The notes under the pieces are model-generated. The model saw only the letters and a list, made by a program, of their open reading frames with translations. It had not been told where the DNA came from and made no database searches. Shown here in pieces: positions 61,615 to 64,000 of a stretch of 64,000 nucleotides of DNA (positions are counted from its first letter, which is position 1; each line of letters opens with the position of its first letter). Origin of the DNA: an uncultured bacterium (GTDB lineage: Bacteria > UBP7 > UBA6624); contig CAXGSM010000001.1 in NCBI GenBank assembly GCA_964012435.1, forward strand, positions 1-64,000, given 5' to 3'. A program made the position numbers and the translations under genes.

Positions 61615-62064
61615 TTATTCTTTCAGAAAATCTAGATTTCTTTCTTCTTTTTCTATTGATAAAACTATGCTTGTATTTGTGCTTTCGATATTTTTATCAT
61701 TAAGCAATTCTTTTATCTTGTTGTTCATGGTTTCTCTATTTCTGAATTTTCCCATTGTAGCAATGTCATACTCTCCGGTTATCTCATAAACAAACTCAAG
61801 AGACCTGTCTTCCTTCAAGGATTTAACAATTCTCCTGATATGCGGACCATTTGCTTTTATTAGAAAAAGAGCAATAAGGTCGAATCCTAATTTTTCTAAA
61901 TTTATATCAGCTTTATATCCTTTTATGACATTTTCTCTTTCCATTTCTTTTATTGCTTTTTGAACACTCGATATTGAAAGTCCCACTTTTTTACCAATTT
62001 CTGCATAGGAAGCTTTACCGTCTGTTTGAAGTATGGATAGTATTTTTAAGTGTGTTTTTTTCAT
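61615..62064 (-). CDS. Lrp/AsnC family transcriptional regulator
   Basis: ILSILQTDGKASYAEIGKKVGLS, VIKGY, YEITGEYD. Confidence 0.92.
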   Translation of the reverse strand: MKKTHLKILSILQTDGKASYAEIGKKVGLSISSVQKAIKEMERENVIKGYKADINLEKLGFDLIALFLIKANGPHIRRIVKSLKEDRSLEFVYEITGEYDIATMGKFRNRETMNNKIKELLNDKNIESTNTSIVLSIEKEERNLDFLKE

Positions 62065-63017
62065 AAATAACGATCATCCAATTCTCTTGGTTTTAGATTT
62101 AAAGAGACTTTTATCTCGCCAACGCCATAGCGAAATATCAATAATTCAATAGTATCTGGGTAATCAAGACTATCAACAATTTCAAAAGCTTTGCTTTTTG
62201 AGTCAATTGCGTATCCGTTTATCTTAAGAATAATGTCATTTTTACTAATTAGGTTTTTTGTTGACTGAGACATGTTTGTAATTTTTAGAATTTTTTTCAT
62301 TGAGGAAGCGTCTTGATTGATGTAATCTTCCTTAACTTCTAATCCAATCATTGGATGAATTGCTTTATTTTTTAAAATTTTTTCGCTCCAATAGATGATT
62401 TTGTCTATAGGGATTGCAAAATTTATGTTTTCAACTTCTCCAGCAAGCTTCCCTGAAGTCATACCTATCAAGCGTCCTTCACTATCAAACATTGGACCTC
62501 CTGAATTTCCAGGGTTTGTAGCTACGTCAGTTTGTATCAATCCCCATTTAAGATAGTTTTTTGTGTCCAGAAATCTATCTACTGCACTGATTATTCCTTT
62601 TGAAACAGAGGATGACAAGCCAAAAGGGTTTCCTATAGCCATAACCTCTTCACCAGGCAATAGTTTTTTATTTTCAAGATTTCTGAACTCCAGTGGTTTT
62701 TTCCAAAATTGAATTGGTATTTTTAATATTGCAATATCTAGAATTGGATCACTGCCTATCAGCTCTGCGGAAAAGACAGTTCCTTCTTCTGATGAGATGA
62801 TTATTTGATCTGAGTTTGCAACAATATGATGATTGGTTATTATTGAACCTTCCATTTGAAACATGAAACCAGAGCCTTCAGAGTGATTATTCGTCCATAA
62901 ATTGTCATTATTTTTTTTTAAAGAAACAATATGTACAACTGTTTTTTCTGCTTTTTGAACAAGTTCAGTCCATTTATTTTCTAAATTTAAAGCGAGTATC
63001 AAAATCATTTGAAGCAT
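62061..63017 (-). CDS. HtrA/DegS-like trypsin serine protease with degenerate PDZ domain
   Basis: GSGF, ITNHHIV, DIAILK, AIGNPFGL, IQTDVATNPGNSGGP; start moved to avoid overlapping the mutase gene. Confidence 0.9.
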   Translation of the reverse strand: MLQMILILALNLENKWTELVQKAEKTVVHIVSLKKNNDNLWTNNHSEGSGFMFQMEGSIITNHHIVANSDQIIISSEEGTVFSAELIGSDPILDIAILKIPIQFWKKPLEFRNLENKKLLPGEEVMAIGNPFGLSSSVSKGIISAVDRFLDTKNYLKWGLIQTDVATNPGNSGGPMFDSEGRLIGMTSGKLAGEVENINFAIPIDKIIYWSEKILKNKAIHPMIGLEVKEDYINQDASSMKKILKITNMSQSTKNLISKNDIILKINGYAIDSKSKAFEIVDSLDYPDTIELLIFRYGVGEIKVSLNLKPRELDDRYL

Positions 63018-63048
63018 ATATAAATTGTACAAAGGATAGGATATTGGC

Positions 63049-64000
63049 ATGCGTGAAAACATGTCTGAACCGGGATCTCCACCTTTTGTTAGGGGAATAT
63101 ACAAAGATATGTATAAAAAAAGACCATGGACAATGAGGCAGTATTCGGGCTTTAGCACTGCGAAAGAGACAAATAAAAGATTTAAAAATCTATTAAAAAA
63201 TGGTCAAACTGGATTGTCTGTTGCTTTTGATTTGCCTACACAGATGGGCCTTGATAGCGACAATGTTTTATCAATTGGAGAAGTAGGGCGGGCTGGTGTT
63301 GCAATAGACACAATTGATGATATGAGGATATTGCTGAATGGTATACCTTTAGACAAAGTAAGTATATCCATGACAATCAACTCTCCTGCTTCAATAATAT
63401 GGGCAATGTTGCTTGTTGTGGCTGAAGAGCAAAATGTTTCTTGGGAAGAAGTAAGGGGAACTATACAGAATGATATATTGAAAGAATATGTTGCTAGAGG
63501 TACATATATTTTTCCACCAGAACCCAGCATGAAATTAACAAAAGATACTTTTGAGATGGTTGAAAATGTTCCAAATTTCAACCCTATTAGCATTTCGGGA
63601 TACCACATAAGAGAGGCGGGAGCTAGTGCTGCTCTCGAGCTAGGTATAACATTTGCTCATGCTATTGCTTATTTAGAGATTGCAAAAGATACAAATTTAA
63701 ATTTTGAAAAAGTTGTCAAAAGGTTTTCTTTCTTTTTTGGGTGCCATAATGACATTTTCGAAGAGGTAGCAAAATTCAGAGCAGCAAGGTGGATTTGGAA
63801 TGATATTCTTGAAAGTTATGGTGTAGATAACCTGAATGCAAGAAAATTAAGATTCCACACTCAAACCTGCGGTTCAACATTAACAAGAAATCAACCTTTG
63901 CTAAATGTTGCAAGAGTTGCATTGCAGGCTTTGGCAGCAACACTAGGAGGCACTCAGTCATTGCATACGAATGCATATGACGAAGCAATTGGCCTGCCAA
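63049..64000 (+). CDS. Methylmalonyl-CoA mutase substrate-binding subunit (3' truncated; not in ORF track)
   Basis: Manual translation MRENMSEPGSPPFVRGIY..RPWTMRQYSGF..GLSVAFDLPTQMG..GTIQNDILKEYVARGTYIF..ISISGYHIREAG..GGTQSLHTN. Confidence 0.95.
   Translation, partial: MRENMSEPGSPPFVRGIYKDMYKKRPWTMRQYSGFSTAKETNKRFKNLLKNGQTGLSVAFDLPTQMGLDSDNVLSIGEVGRAGVAIDTIDDMRILLNGIPLDKVSISMTINSPASIIWAMLLVVAEEQNVSWEEVRGTIQNDILKEYVARGTYIFPPEPSMKLTKDTFEMVENVPNFNPISISGYHIREAGASAALELGITFAHAIAYLEIAKDTNLNFEKVVKRFSFFFGCHNDIFEEVAKFRAARWIWNDILESYGVDNLNARKLRFHTQTCGSTLTRNQPLLNVARVALQALAATLGGTQSLHTNAYDEAIGLP

Noticed and set aside
63204..64000. Minus-strand ORFs 63204-63608 and 63776-64000
   Set aside because: Antisense to the methylmalonyl-CoA mutase frame, which the track missed because it has no stop in the window.
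63049..64000. Isobutyryl-CoA or other variant mutase
   Set aside because: RQY and YVARGT retain the Tyr and Arg typical of methylmalonyl-CoA specificity.

Overview
AT-rich, very densely packed bacterial chromosomal segment with about 58 genes, many abutting or overlapping. No transposase, integrase, prophage block or CRISPR array is visible. Core content: 3' end of an EF-G gene, two cyclophilins, tRNA-Gln(CTG) and tRNA-Glu(CTC) (neither encodes CCA), thiC with a TPP riboswitch, a methionine gamma-lyase-like gene, plsX-fabH-fabD-fabG-fabF followed by acyl-CoA dehydrogenase-etfBA, trxB, csaB/tagA-like cell-wall genes, an M23 peptidase and ctpA, sdhCDAB, an ABC exporter, a pseudouridine synthase, divergent addBA, nagZ, an HD-GYP regulator/kinase pair, uvsE, an HtrA-like protease and the 5' part of a methylmalonyl-CoA mutase gene. 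Best candidates for undescribed biology: (1) an operon of an Ala-Cys-Gly MIO-type ammonia-lyase, a motif-deleted acyl-CoA dehydrogenase, an acyltransferase, an acyl-AMP ligase and a 43-aa peptide, converging on the FAS cluster; (2) a tricorn-like protease with two DUF4399-like domains and a His-rich 27-bp repeat inserted in its PDZ domain; (3) a degenerate cyclase-STAND-TPR protein; (4) repeated signs of leaderless transcription; (5) a COG4337-type carbonic anhydrase gene starting 7 nt after a tRNA. All family calls come from motif recognition by eye; no database searches were run.
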